A DNA stretch of 64,000 bases, taken from contig CAZCJE010000005.1 in the NCBI GenBank assembly GCA_964498805.1, positions 25,176 through 89,175 on the forward strand, given 5' to 3'. Of the stretch, positions 44,536 through 54,407 are shown piece after piece. The notes beneath the pieces are model-generated. The model saw only the letters and a list, made by a program, of their open reading frames with translations. It did not search any database and was not told where the DNA came from. The position numbers and the translations under genes are program-made. Each line of letters starts with the position of its first letter. The stretch's first letter is position 1. Origin of the DNA: an uncultured Thiothrix sp. (lineage in GTDB: Bacteria; Pseudomonadota; Gammaproteobacteria; Thiotrichales; Thiotrichaceae).

Positions 44536-44808
44536 ATGGGTGCTGATATTGTCCAACTTATTGTCATGCTAGCTATTGGTGCAGCAGCTGGCTGGCTTGC
44601 TGGTATCATTATGAAAGGAGCAGGCTTTGGTCTGGTCGGTAATATCATCGTGGGGATCGTCGGTGCTATTATCGGTACATTTGTTGGCGGACTGCTTTCT
44701 CCAGCTTTGGGTATTCATCTAGGCGGCTTGTTAGGCACCTTTATATGGGCTGTCATTGGTGCAGTTATCCTATTATTCATTATCAGCTTGATAAAACGAG
44801 CACCCTGA
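44536..44808 (+). CDS. GlsB/YeaQ/YmgE family (transglycosylase-associated) stress membrane protein
   Basis: IGAAAGWLAG...GFGLVGNIIVGIVGAIIG...AVIGAVILLFII; AAGGAG RBS. Confidence 0.9.
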   Translation: MGADIVQLIVMLAIGAAAGWLAGIIMKGAGFGLVGNIIVGIVGAIIGTFVGGLLSPALGIHLGGLLGTFIWAVIGAVILLFIISLIKRAP

Positions 44809-44843
44809 AGCCACTCCTTCCCGCTCGTTGACACTGCAAAGAT

Positions 44844-44870
44844 AAGCGCGGCTTTATAGCCGCGCTTTTT
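44844..44870. terminator. Bidirectional terminator between the convergent GlsB-family gene and wzc
   Basis: AAGCGCGGCT-TTAT-AGCCGCGCTT followed by TTT; abuts the wzc stop codon. Confidence 0.8.
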
Positions 44871-46854
44871 ATGTTTCCAAATCGTGCAACACACAAAAGT
44901 TGCTATTAGGCAGACGTTCCAGTTGAGTTACCAACCGTTCCAAATCGGTTATTAAGGTTTGCCGTTTCAGCACATTGACCAAAATCATATCGCTGATATC
45001 CAAATCCGGAATCACTTCCGGGTGCATTTTGACATCACTAGATAAAATGAAAACTAGATCATAACTGCCTAAAAGACCATTAATTAATTGAGGAAAATGG
45101 TTGGCACGATTAAACACCGAAAATACTTCATCGGCCTTGAGCAGAGAAATTGACAGATTTTTTTGATTGGTCTGATTAACGGCAATAGGGCTAACTGACT
45201 CACCAATGAAAAAACTATCGGCCTCATTCAGTTTAAACAGCTTTTTAACCGCAGCATGGTCTTCATCCAAAGCCAACAGAACCACTTTTAATTCCCGTTG
45301 CAGGAAAAAAGCCAGCAAGTTATGCATAAACGCCACATGACGCTTGTCTTCACCTAATGCCAACAAGCTCAGGACTTTCAGACTGTCGCGTACTCGCCCA
45401 GCCTGTAAGGAAACCAGCGTGTTGCGTGAAGGCAGAAAGCGGGTTTCACCAGGGCTAGCTTTGATTAACATACGTTGGTCAAGCTTTTCCAACAGAGCCG
45501 ATTTCTGTCCGGGTAATAGGGTTTGAATGTCCTCGCGAATCTTCACGGTTTTATCACGGAAATCCAAAATACCCGCCACACTAATCCCCATGAGTAACGC
45601 AATCACTCCCCCCATACTCAGATTCACCAAATAATTGGGGGAATAAGCCAGCTGTGGTATTGAAGCCTGTTCAAGCGTGGCAATATTATTAGCATTGATG
45701 CCATTAGCGGCATCAATCTCTTTCAAACGGGTTAGCAAACTGTCATACAAAGCCTTTTCCACATCCAAATCACGCCGCAATTCATTGTAAGTGGTCATAT
45801 TGGCAACATAGGTCTGGTATTTCTTGCTGGATTTCTCCATCAATTTCTTGATTTCAGCTTCCTGCTTTTTGCTGGCTTCATAAGAAAGCTGTAGATTTTG
45901 CTGGAACTTAGCCGTTTCTTGCGCCAATTTGCTTTCAGTTTCACTAATCTGCTGACGCAATTGCAGCATGGCAGGGTAATCAGGTTTGTAGATTTCGAGT
46001 TTTTTCTGATAATCCGCCTGCAATTCGGCCAAACGGGATTTCAGCGTTTGCATGAATTGATTGGTGAGCACTCCATTAGTGCTACTCACCGCACTGTTAG
46101 AGGATTTTTGTAACTCGGTTTCGGCCACAATGCGGTCTTTTTCCGCCTGAATCACTTCTTGATCTAGCTTGACCATATTTTCAATATAAGGATTGGTGTC
46201 ATCCTTGGTCACAACCATGTCACGCGAGGCGGTAAAGCGTTGTAAACTGGCTTCCGTTTTTTGCAAAGAAGCCCTAACATCATTGATTTTACCGATAATT
46301 TTTTCTTTAGCCTGTTTAATATTGCCTTCATAATCATCAATGCTAAAGCGGCGGTATTCCTCTACAAAGGTATTAGCCACTTGTGCCGCTAGCGTTTTAT
46401 CCGGACAGGAAAAACTCACATACACAATCTGCGAATTATCCACGGGTAACACTTGCAACTGATTTTGGAAGGTTTTCATGAGTTCCGCTTGCAGTTTGAG
46501 CGGGTCTACGGTGTCAGGCTGTTGCGCACCTAGGCCTAAACGCGCGAGCACACTTTGGCGAGTAATCTGCGCTTGCGTTAGTTTCAGCTTGTCAATAACA
46601 CGCTCGGCAAGCAATTCGCTGCCGAGGATTTCATATTGTGTCTTATAAAAAGCGCTTTCATTGAGCTTAAACGCTTCACCCGTGGTCGGGTATTTCAGAA
46701 AATCCGTCGCCTCTGGTGCTAATCGAAACGATGCCGTTGCCTTATACATAGGCGCAGTCATAAAGGTAATGCCTGCTACCACCGCAAAGATCAGTAACGT
46801 TATCAGCAAGATCAACCACTTGCGATAAGCTATGGTAACGAATAATCTGTACAT
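44869..46854 (-). CDS. Wzc/GumC-type polysaccharide co-polymerase with degenerate kinase domain
   Basis: TM, PMYKATASF, YKTQYEILGS, long coiled coil (PDYP), LYDSLLTRLKE, SPN + second TM; C-terminal domain lacks intact Walker motifs. Confidence 0.85.
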   Translation of the reverse strand: MYRLFVTIAYRKWLILLITLLIFAVVAGITFMTAPMYKATASFRLAPEATDFLKYPTTGEAFKLNESAFYKTQYEILGSELLAERVIDKLKLTQAQITRQSVLARLGLGAQQPDTVDPLKLQAELMKTFQNQLQVLPVDNSQIVYVSFSCPDKTLAAQVANTFVEEYRRFSIDDYEGNIKQAKEKIIGKINDVRASLQKTEASLQRFTASRDMVVTKDDTNPYIENMVKLDQEVIQAEKDRIVAETELQKSSNSAVSSTNGVLTNQFMQTLKSRLAELQADYQKKLEIYKPDYPAMLQLRQQISETESKLAQETAKFQQNLQLSYEASKKQEAEIKKLMEKSSKKYQTYVANMTTYNELRRDLDVEKALYDSLLTRLKEIDAANGINANNIATLEQASIPQLAYSPNYLVNLSMGGVIALLMGISVAGILDFRDKTVKIREDIQTLLPGQKSALLEKLDQRMLIKASPGETRFLPSRNTLVSLQAGRVRDSLKVLSLLALGEDKRHVAFMHNLLAFFLQRELKVVLLALDEDHAAVKKLFKLNEADSFFIGESVSPIAVNQTNQKNLSISLLKADEVFSVFNRANHFPQLINGLLGSYDLVFILSSDVKMHPEVIPDLDISDMILVNVLKRQTLITDLERLVTQLERLPNSNFCVLHDLET

Positions 46855-46899
46855 AATTGTTTAAAGCCCTGAAAAACCGTTAGTACACAGCAGTCGCCT

Positions 46900-48438
46900 T
46901 TATGGGGTCAATGCCAAAGGTCTGCGCATTTTGACCTCATTACAGGCAACCGCATTGGTTAATAGTTCCTTGCGATAAATCTGCCATGCAGGCACCGGCG
47001 CATTAGCGGCATTGAAATTCCATTGCTGCATCACTTGAGTCAAACGTTGTAGCAATTGGGCAGCGGATGCACTGTTTTTCAACGCAGGATTGGCTGCACA
47101 GCTTTTAACTTTGGCCAGTAGCTGCATGTCATCCAAGCCCTGATGGAACATTTCCATGCGCAAAGACGCTAAAATTTGATTGCTAGCCGGGTCCCAATAG
47201 AACAAGGTTCCACGCTCTTCATTGCCAGTTTCACCGATAGATTGAATAAAAGAACCGTTATCCCAATCGGATACTGACCAAAAATGATAACCCTCGATAC
47301 CAAAGTAACCCATGAGCCAGCCTAGGCTGCGGATACGTTGTGGATTACCCTGAATATCATGAAAACGGTTAGCGTATAGATAAATGCGGTCACGTTGCTG
47401 TTTAGCCGTTTTCACCGCATTTTCACTCAAGGCATTGATATTGACTGTCCAGATATCCGCAATATCACCTAAGGCAGCGGCGGGTTCTTCGGTCAATTCC
47501 AAGGCAATGCCCGGCGCACATTGGCGGACACTGCTGTAACTATAAGCCACCTCTGGATAATTTATCGGCAATGGCTCATCCCATAACTTATACACAAAGT
47601 TATTGCCTAGCTTGCTACGGTTTCTCAGTTTGCTAGCAAGCGTATTGATGTAATTGCATTCCTCATTCAACCATTGCGCCCGGGTCAAACCTGCACTGAC
47701 TAATGTGTCAGACAAGGTGCTATTACGCGAAAATTGTGCACGAGATGACAAACGAACCGTCTGGAAATTATCCAAAACATATTGTTCTAACGGGCTTAAA
47801 GCGTCACTTTTCAGATATTGCTTGGGCAGAATCACCGAATTGAAGTCATAGGCACGCATCTTCTGTAACAAGGATTGCACTATTGCATCCGGAATATCGG
47901 TACGCTTGAATAACAAATTGCCTTGTAAAGTAATGTTAGGTTTATCCAAAGTCAGTGGATAGACGGTCACTTTTAGTTCACCGCGATAGCTAACAACACG
48001 ATTTTCCAGCACCTGTACTATCCAGCGATAAGTACCTGCGGGAGTACCGGCGGGGATAGAGGCTTTAATCAGTAATTGGTTGGTATTGCTTTGAATACTG
48101 GTGGTGGCATTGTTAGCCAGCGGTTGCAAAGCATCCATCGCCCCGCTAGTCGCTGTCCCCTGGATGACTTGATAAGTCTGTAAACTAATATTGGAAACAC
48201 TTTGCGCAACCCAATTAATCTGGGCATTTTTGCCTTCCATTGCGTCTAAACGCAATAACAAGGATTCAGACGCATTGCTAGCGGTTTCCAACTCGACACT
48301 AGGTGCTAACGTAGCCCACGTACTGGATTCTGGCACAAAGCGTTTGACCACACCGGCTTGTGCTAACTGGGTACAACCGAGTAATGAACACAAACCGACT
48401 GTACCAACCCAACGCCGCCAGTTTTTATTTATTAACAT
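46900..48438 (-). CDS. Exported DUF4091-containing protein, GH123-like putative glycoside hydrolase
   Basis: Signal peptide; GTPAGTYRW, YKLWDEP, DIWTV, ASLRMEMFHQGLDDMQLL resembles the DUF4091 C-terminal signature. Confidence 0.65.
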   Translation of the reverse strand: MLINKNWRRWVGTVGLCSLLGCTQLAQAGVVKRFVPESSTWATLAPSVELETASNASESLLLRLDAMEGKNAQINWVAQSVSNISLQTYQVIQGTATSGAMDALQPLANNATTSIQSNTNQLLIKASIPAGTPAGTYRWIVQVLENRVVSYRGELKVTVYPLTLDKPNITLQGNLLFKRTDIPDAIVQSLLQKMRAYDFNSVILPKQYLKSDALSPLEQYVLDNFQTVRLSSRAQFSRNSTLSDTLVSAGLTRAQWLNEECNYINTLASKLRNRSKLGNNFVYKLWDEPLPINYPEVAYSYSSVRQCAPGIALELTEEPAAALGDIADIWTVNINALSENAVKTAKQQRDRIYLYANRFHDIQGNPQRIRSLGWLMGYFGIEGYHFWSVSDWDNGSFIQSIGETGNEERGTLFYWDPASNQILASLRMEMFHQGLDDMQLLAKVKSCAANPALKNSASAAQLLQRLTQVMQQWNFNAANAPVPAWQIYRKELLTNAVACNEVKMRRPLALTP

Positions 48439-48452
48439 GATAAATGCTTCCC

Positions 48453-49748
48453 CTAAGAATGTACCGGTACGGCTTTAGCCCTATAAAGCCGACTTACGTG
48501 CCCCAGCACGACCGTATTTTGAATAATGAGTACCAGACAAGTAGCCAGCGCACTGCCCACTAATCCTCCTATAGCGGTTAAGGCTACGGTAGCGACCAAT
48601 GCAAACAGCCCTGTCAGAAAGGTAATATTCCGCAGTAACTTTTCCTGCCCAACCATAATCAGCAATTGTGCAATCGGCCCAGTCACCGCATTCACCAGAT
48701 AACCTAGCGATAAAATCACCAAGATATACCAGAACTGACTGAAACCTTTACCAAAAATCGCCATTAACCATGAAGAGCATAGCACCATTAAGATAAAAGC
48801 GGGTAATGCATACCCTGTAGAAACTTTAATGGTATGCACCAGTACAGGCCAAATTTGCTCGTATTCGCCACGCTTGTGTAAGGCAGCAAAACGCGGCGAT
48901 ACCACCTTATTAATGGCCTGTAAGATTAATCCTAATGAAGCGGCGGTACGGTGTGCAGTGGCCAGTACCGCTACATCGCCTGCGGATAACCACATACCGG
49001 TGACAATTTGTCCTGCCCAACGAATGGTTTGATCCGTCAGCATAATCAGCACTAAAGCCGTTGTACCCGACCATAACTGTTCACGAGTAACCGTTAGTGG
49101 CAACTCTTGATCAATTTGGCGGCCGGACTGGTAAAGGCTATACACCAAACGCAAAGCAACTAGCATGGTGGCAATATTACCCGCCACAAAAATCCACGCC
49201 CCTTGCGAGGCAAACTGCAATTGACCTTGCCACCACCACACACTACCGGCTAATAAAGAAAACAGCGGCAATAACAGGTTTAGCACTACCACCGTCGCTA
49301 ATGGCTTATTCAAACCTTCCAACATATTGCCGCAAGTCATGGAAATCGTCATAGGCACAATAGCCAGCGCCATAATGCGCAAAATAGGCACTAATTCCGG
49401 CTGCTGGAAAAACCAATGCGCCACAGGGTTTGCCAGCAAAGCCAAACCTAGCGCGCCCACACTTGAAGCGGCTGTTACCGCGAGCAAGGCACGGCTAATA
49501 ATAGTGCCGCGTAAATAACCCTCCTGCGGTTGATCATGCGCACCTAGCAATCGCACCACAATACGGTACAACCCCAAAGAACCTAAACCGGATAAAATAG
49601 AAGTGGCTGCAAAACCCAGAAAAAATAGTCCTACTTCATGTTTGCCTAACTGCCGCGACAAAAACACAAAAAATAGGAATAACACGCCTGCCGAGGCTAA
49701 GCGCAGAATCAAAACCATCGATACCGATTTAAACAGGTTTTTGCTCAT
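48453..49748 (-). CDS. Wzx/MOP-family polysaccharide flippase
   Basis: About 12 TM segments; PRFAALHKRG, IFGKGF, LLIMVGQEK typical of Polysacc_synt flippases. Confidence 0.85.
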   Translation of the reverse strand: MSKNLFKSVSMVLILRLASAGVLFLFFVFLSRQLGKHEVGLFFLGFAATSILSGLGSLGLYRIVVRLLGAHDQPQEGYLRGTIISRALLAVTAASSVGALGLALLANPVAHWFFQQPELVPILRIMALAIVPMTISMTCGNMLEGLNKPLATVVVLNLLLPLFSLLAGSVWWWQGQLQFASQGAWIFVAGNIATMLVALRLVYSLYQSGRQIDQELPLTVTREQLWSGTTALVLIMLTDQTIRWAGQIVTGMWLSAGDVAVLATAHRTAASLGLILQAINKVVSPRFAALHKRGEYEQIWPVLVHTIKVSTGYALPAFILMVLCSSWLMAIFGKGFSQFWYILVILSLGYLVNAVTGPIAQLLIMVGQEKLLRNITFLTGLFALVATVALTAIGGLVGSALATCLVLIIQNTVVLGHVSRLYRAKAVPVHS

Positions 49749-49749
49749 G

Positions 49750-50616
49750 TTAGAGCACCTGATAGCCGTAATGAGCTAATCTTTCCGCAGCTACGGCATT
49801 GATCTTGGCAATATCTTCACCACTCAAACGCTTGAGGCTAGACGCATTCATATTCTGAATGGTCGAATTATAACCTGTTACTGAAAGAGTCTGTTGTTGA
49901 ATATCTTTAAGTGGCTCGGCGGAAATACCAATAAAATCGCACACTTGTGCCAATATTTTATCTGGGCTCTCCACCAGTTCTTCATACTGAATCACCAATA
50001 AGCGTTGTAACTTATCCGCATGTGCTTGTAGATATTGATCACTTTCCACCCATTGTTGCGCACACAATTCAATCGGGTAACGCTCAGTGGTGATCGCGGT
50101 ATTAGCCTTACTTACCGGCGATTTACGCCGAATCCCTTCCGAAACGGTATAACCATTACGCACAATGTAGATGAAATAAGCAGGCTGGAAATATTTCTCG
50201 AGAAAACTGACCCGCGCCACATTGGAAATCGACTTTTCCAAAAACACCGGCTTACGTTTGTCATACCAAAAGCCCCAACTGCGCTGGATGCGCTTAGCAA
50301 TAGCCGCATCGGTTTGGGCAGTTTGTTCCAATTGTGGCAAACACTTATGCCACATACGTACCCAACCGCATGCTTCCGGAGTCTGCATACCATCGGTAAG
50401 AAACGCGCCTTCGGTAGGCAATGAAGCGACATCAGGATGACGCGACAGCACTGTACTCAACAAAGTCGTGCCAGAATTGTAGCATCCCAGCACAAACACC
50501 CACTTTTGCGGGGCAGCCTGCGGCCCTAACAAAGCTGTTATCTGCTTACCCATGGAGCTTCTACCCAACCAGGCTTTTACTTTTTTCCACGATTTTATAT
50601 TAGCCACGGTACGCAC
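49750..50616 (-). CDS. PAPS-dependent sulfotransferase (ST2)
   Basis: 5'-PSB VFVLGCYNSGTTLL, FLEKS, 3'-PB FIYIVRNG, IQYEELVESP. Start uncertain. Confidence 0.88.
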   Translation of the reverse strand: MRTVANIKSWKKVKAWLGRSSMGKQITALLGPQAAPQKWVFVLGCYNSGTTLLSTVLSRHPDVASLPTEGAFLTDGMQTPEACGWVRMWHKCLPQLEQTAQTDAAIAKRIQRSWGFWYDKRKPVFLEKSISNVARVSFLEKYFQPAYFIYIVRNGYTVSEGIRRKSPVSKANTAITTERYPIELCAQQWVESDQYLQAHADKLQRLLVIQYEELVESPDKILAQVCDFIGISAEPLKDIQQQTLSVTGYNSTIQNMNASSLKRLSGEDIAKINAVAAERLAHYGYQVL

Positions 50617-51520
50617 TCCAATAATCCTGTTGGGTTAAATTATGCAATTGGCCTTTTTTTATATAACCAGATGCGTATTTTAAAATCTCACGGAATAGCC
50701 AAGCCTGATCCAAACCATCAATCATGTTATGTGGATGCATCCATAAATGAGCCACCTGTTTATGTTCTACCGCATGATCAATAATAGCCTGCCAACGTTT
50801 TAAAATCATAAAATTGGGCGGTAAACGATATTGGCGACGGAATGCCATTAAACTACCACCGGGAATTTTTAAAGGTGAAGCGGCTTTAGGGTGAGGTTGG
50901 GAAACAGTGCCTTCAATATATTTTAAAGCCTCAGCAGCCCAACGCGGCTTCATATCAAAATACAACGGCATATCCCGATAAGCCTGAATACCCGCTTCAG
51001 CCAATAAATCCGTGTAACCCACACGATTACGTGGAAACACCATGGTTTTAATATCCAGCCCTTGCCAAGTTGCCCAAGCATTAATGCCTGCTAGCTCTTT
51101 TTCAATAGCGTCCCGAGAAGTTAGGGATTCTTGAAAAGGTAAATGGGTAAAACCGTGTGTGGCAATTTCATGTTGTTGGTGTTCTCGAACACGGGCAAAA
51201 ATATCCGGTGCGAACCAGCCTTCAGTATTATTTTCTTGCTCTACTTGACGTTTAAAATGATCTAACCAATTTTTACCCGCAAATAAACGTTCAGAGAACC
51301 ATATTTTTTGGCGTAAATAATCTTGTTCACTTAAGGTAAAAGCTGCCACAAATGCAAAAGTAGCCTTAAGATTATAATCGGCTAAGGTTCGTAAAATACT
51401 ATCATAAGCCTTATGCAGGTTCTGATGTGTTAATACCTGATCATGAGAAGGCCCGATACGATCAGCAAATCCCCATTTGCCTTCACAATCCAGCGATATA
51501 ATAAAACATGCCTTTTGCAT
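50600..51520 (-). CDS. Polysaccharide deacetylase (CE4/NodB-like)
   Basis: IISLDCEGKWG, ATFAFVA, HEIATHGFTH, MVFPRN, HLWMHPHN. Confidence 0.85.
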   Translation of the reverse strand: MQKACFIISLDCEGKWGFADRIGPSHDQVLTHQNLHKAYDSILRTLADYNLKATFAFVAAFTLSEQDYLRQKIWFSERLFAGKNWLDHFKRQVEQENNTEGWFAPDIFARVREHQQHEIATHGFTHLPFQESLTSRDAIEKELAGINAWATWQGLDIKTMVFPRNRVGYTDLLAEAGIQAYRDMPLYFDMKPRWAAEALKYIEGTVSQPHPKAASPLKIPGGSLMAFRRQYRLPPNFMILKRWQAIIDHAVEHKQVAHLWMHPHNMIDGLDQAWLFREILKYASGYIKKGQLHNLTQQDYWSAYRG

Positions 51521-51545
51521 AAATCCCTTAGCCCTTAAATAACTA

Positions 51546-52817
51546 TTACGATTTCATTTTAATCGTCAAATGCCATGCGCCATACAATGCTATTCCCAAA
51601 TAGATAGCTATATACTCATTATAAAAACCACGGTAAAGGTTTTGTTCTACAAAAACACTCAACCATGCAGCTACTAGCCATAGCAAATACCGCTCAGCAA
51701 ACGAGTTTTTACTGGCTTTGCGTAATGCCACCCCAATCAGCCACAGAAAAAAGCCATAAACAAATAACAATACTAATAAACCCACAATACCATTAGCTGT
51801 CAACTGATCCAGAAACAGATTATGGATAATATGAATTTTGCCAATTTCATTTTCAATAAAAACTATACCATGACCCTGACCTAAAATAAAACTAGAAGTA
51901 CTCGCAGCTAATGCTTGTTGCGCACCTAGTAAACGTCCTGAGGCACTTTGAGCTTGAATACCCTCCCCGACAAACCCAGCAAAAATCGCTTCCCCTACTG
52001 GTGAAAAAAACAGTATCCCTGCCATTAAGGTCATAGCTAATAAATGAAAGGCAATATATTTACTACGATTAATATAGTAAGCTATCAGAAAAGCCCAGCC
52101 AGCAAATAATCCTAACCAACCACTACGGGATTGCATGATTAAAATGCCAACCACTAATAAAAAAATAAATAATAAACGCCAACGTTTATGCAGCCATTCA
52201 CTCAATAAACCTGGAATTAACAACATGGTTAGAGAAGGTATTAACAGTGTACCCAATTTACCATCACTTAATGGCACACCTGTTGCTTTTCGAATAGGAA
52301 TACGAATACCAAATAAACGTCTACCCATTTCAGAATGAATACCTGTTGAAACCAGCCCAAAACCTTCTAGTATAATTAATATAGATACCACAACTGCACT
52401 GAATAAAATAGCTAGCATTACCCATTTAATGCCATGCTGCGGGTTATTTTGTAAATAACTGACGACTAAGAGTGTTACTATTAGCGTTGTTACACGAGCA
52501 AACACATATTTAAATTCGACCAAAGATTCAAAGCGCATACCATTGATCAAATCAAATACAATTAATAGAAAAAAACATACAATAACGGTATTTATATTAA
52601 TATCCAGTTGTAGATCAATTTTACGAGTAGCAATCTGTAATACTAAAAAACCAAATAAAAAAATAACACTCAATGGTGCTAAAAAGCCTAGCACTGTTTT
52701 GGGTAAAGGAAAAAACGGCACAATGAACAGAAAAAATAGCACACTGATGTCAAAAACAGTGAATGTTGGTTTTTCTTGCCCAAGTGCCAACGCTTGCATA
52801 TTAAAAAGGTAATTCAA
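51546..52817 (-). CDS. Wzy polymerase / O-antigen-ligase-family (Wzy_C) membrane protein
   Basis: About 11-12 TM segments, MQSRSG, LGQGHG, HNLFLDQLTANGIVG. Confidence 0.8.
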   Translation of the reverse strand: MNYLFNMQALALGQEKPTFTVFDISVLFFLFIVPFFPLPKTVLGFLAPLSVIFLFGFLVLQIATRKIDLQLDININTVIVCFFLLIVFDLINGMRFESLVEFKYVFARVTTLIVTLLVVSYLQNNPQHGIKWVMLAILFSAVVVSILIILEGFGLVSTGIHSEMGRRLFGIRIPIRKATGVPLSDGKLGTLLIPSLTMLLIPGLLSEWLHKRWRLLFIFLLVVGILIMQSRSGWLGLFAGWAFLIAYYINRSKYIAFHLLAMTLMAGILFFSPVGEAIFAGFVGEGIQAQSASGRLLGAQQALAASTSSFILGQGHGIVFIENEIGKIHIIHNLFLDQLTANGIVGLLVLLFVYGFFLWLIGVALRKASKNSFAERYLLWLVAAWLSVFVEQNLYRGFYNEYIAIYLGIALYGAWHLTIKMKS

Positions 52818-53715
52818 AATGAATAGGCCCGCTAAAATCCTTAAGTATCTGACAGATAGTTGGTAATTCGTGGTTATTCAGAATACCTTCCCAAAAAAAC
52901 ACGCTTGTCTGCTGACGGTAAGTTTCCATATCTGTGCCACCATGTAAAGTTCTATGCGTCGTCATAGAAGGGGTAAACAGATACGATGGGTGCAAGTTAC
53001 GCCCTGAATATCCTAAAAATTCCAATAACTTATGCGTTTCAGCAAAAGGTTCGGCATACAGCTTTTCATAATTTAGCAAATAAACATCCTTAGCTTCCAA
53101 CTCATCTTTGAGCAATTCATGGGTAACTGCCCACATTAAAGCAGCTTTCTCGAGAGGAGTAGCAACTTTATTTAACCAATGCTGCTTAGCCTGAATACAG
53201 GAGGATTTATACTTTTTATTATAAAACGTTTCTGTTAAAAATTTTTGATAATGAAGATCAAAACCAAACTCAAGCCAAAAACGTGTGCGTTTCTTAATGG
53301 AAGCTAGAACTGCTAGCGGATGGCGAATTGTGAACACTAAACGATAACGCTTACTTTGACGCAGTTCAGCTAGCATCAAATTCAGGCGAATTTCCTTATA
53401 GCCAATAATCTGACATTCTTTCCATAGCTCCGCTTCAAAACCCGGATCAGTATGATCTAAATCGCGTGGCAAATGATTGCGTAACAGCCAGCGATCTGGG
53501 TTATTACCTGCTAATATCCAATCACTATAATTAATGGCTTGATCTAGTAAGGCAGGATTTCCTGATGCATACAGAAAATCCTCGGCATTCACTAAAACAG
53601 CTGGATGAAAAGGCTCAAACAGGATTAACCCACCAAGACTTTTGGAGATAATATCAGAAACCCATGTCGTACCTGAGCGTCCGAAACCCATAATAATAAT
53701 TGGCGGATTATTCAT
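52801..53715 (-). CDS. PAPS-dependent sulfotransferase (ST1)
   Basis: IIIMGFGRSGTTWV, ILFEPF, YKEIR, FTIRHPLAVLAS, LNYEKLYAEP. Confidence 0.9.
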   Translation of the reverse strand: MNNPPIIIMGFGRSGTTWVSDIISKSLGGLILFEPFHPAVLVNAEDFLYASGNPALLDQAINYSDWILAGNNPDRWLLRNHLPRDLDHTDPGFEAELWKECQIIGYKEIRLNLMLAELRQSKRYRLVFTIRHPLAVLASIKKRTRFWLEFGFDLHYQKFLTETFYNKKYKSSCIQAKQHWLNKVATPLEKAALMWAVTHELLKDELEAKDVYLLNYEKLYAEPFAETHKLLEFLGYSGRNLHPSYLFTPSMTTHRTLHGGTDMETYRQQTSVFFWEGILNNHELPTICQILKDFSGPIHFELPF

Positions 53716-53739
53716 GTTTTTAGCCCCCTTAACAATGAT

Positions 53740-54396
53740 TTATTCGTTACCGGATTTTCCGGTTGTAATTAGACGCCAGCCAGTCAAAGCAATAACATTA
53801 ATATATTTCCAGAAACCAAATTTTTGGAAATATTGCAAGTCATAAGGTACTTTTTTTAATTGATCTTCGATAGTAGAACCATAAGGTGCATACAGTTGTG
53901 CCATACCAGTTAAACCAGGTTTAGCCATAAAACGATAATTATAACGAAAATCCAGTTCAATCAAAGGTTCGGCCAAATGTGCCCGAATAGGCCGAGGGCC
54001 TACAATCGCCATATCACCTTTTAAAATATTCCACAATTGTGGTAACTCATCTAAGTGCAATTGACGTAAAACGCGTCCAACACGAGTAACTCGTGGATCA
54101 TCTTTTTGTGCCCACTGAGGTCTCCCTTTTTCTGCATCCACATACATACTTCTAAATTTGATCAGAGTGAATTCTTGTTTACCCAAACCCAAACGCTTTT
54201 GCGTAAACAAGACATTGCCTTTATCTTCAAACCAAATAAGCAACGCTACAATAATAAATAGAGGTGAAGTCACCACCAAACCTATCGCAGCCAAAACAAT
54301 ATCCAGCAAACGCATTGATAAAGTGGCATTTGGAACAGACCCGCTGTGAACTGGCAAATTAGCCAGATAATCTTGCTCAATAAAAACACGTTCCAT
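53740..54396 (-). CDS. Initiating (priming) phosphoglycosyl transferase, Bac_transf family
   Basis: RLLDIVLA, FTQKRLG, KFRSM, DDPRVTRVGRVLR..LDELPQLWNILKGDMAIVGPRP, KPGLTGMAQ. Confidence 0.93.
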   Translation of the reverse strand: MERVFIEQDYLANLPVHSGSVPNATLSMRLLDIVLAAIGLVVTSPLFIIVALLIWFEDKGNVLFTQKRLGLGKQEFTLIKFRSMYVDAEKGRPQWAQKDDPRVTRVGRVLRQLHLDELPQLWNILKGDMAIVGPRPIRAHLAEPLIELDFRYNYRFMAKPGLTGMAQLYAPYGSTIEDQLKKVPYDLQYFQKFGFWKYINVIALTGWRLITTGKSGNE

Positions 54397-54407
54397 CAGA
54401 CTTCCCC

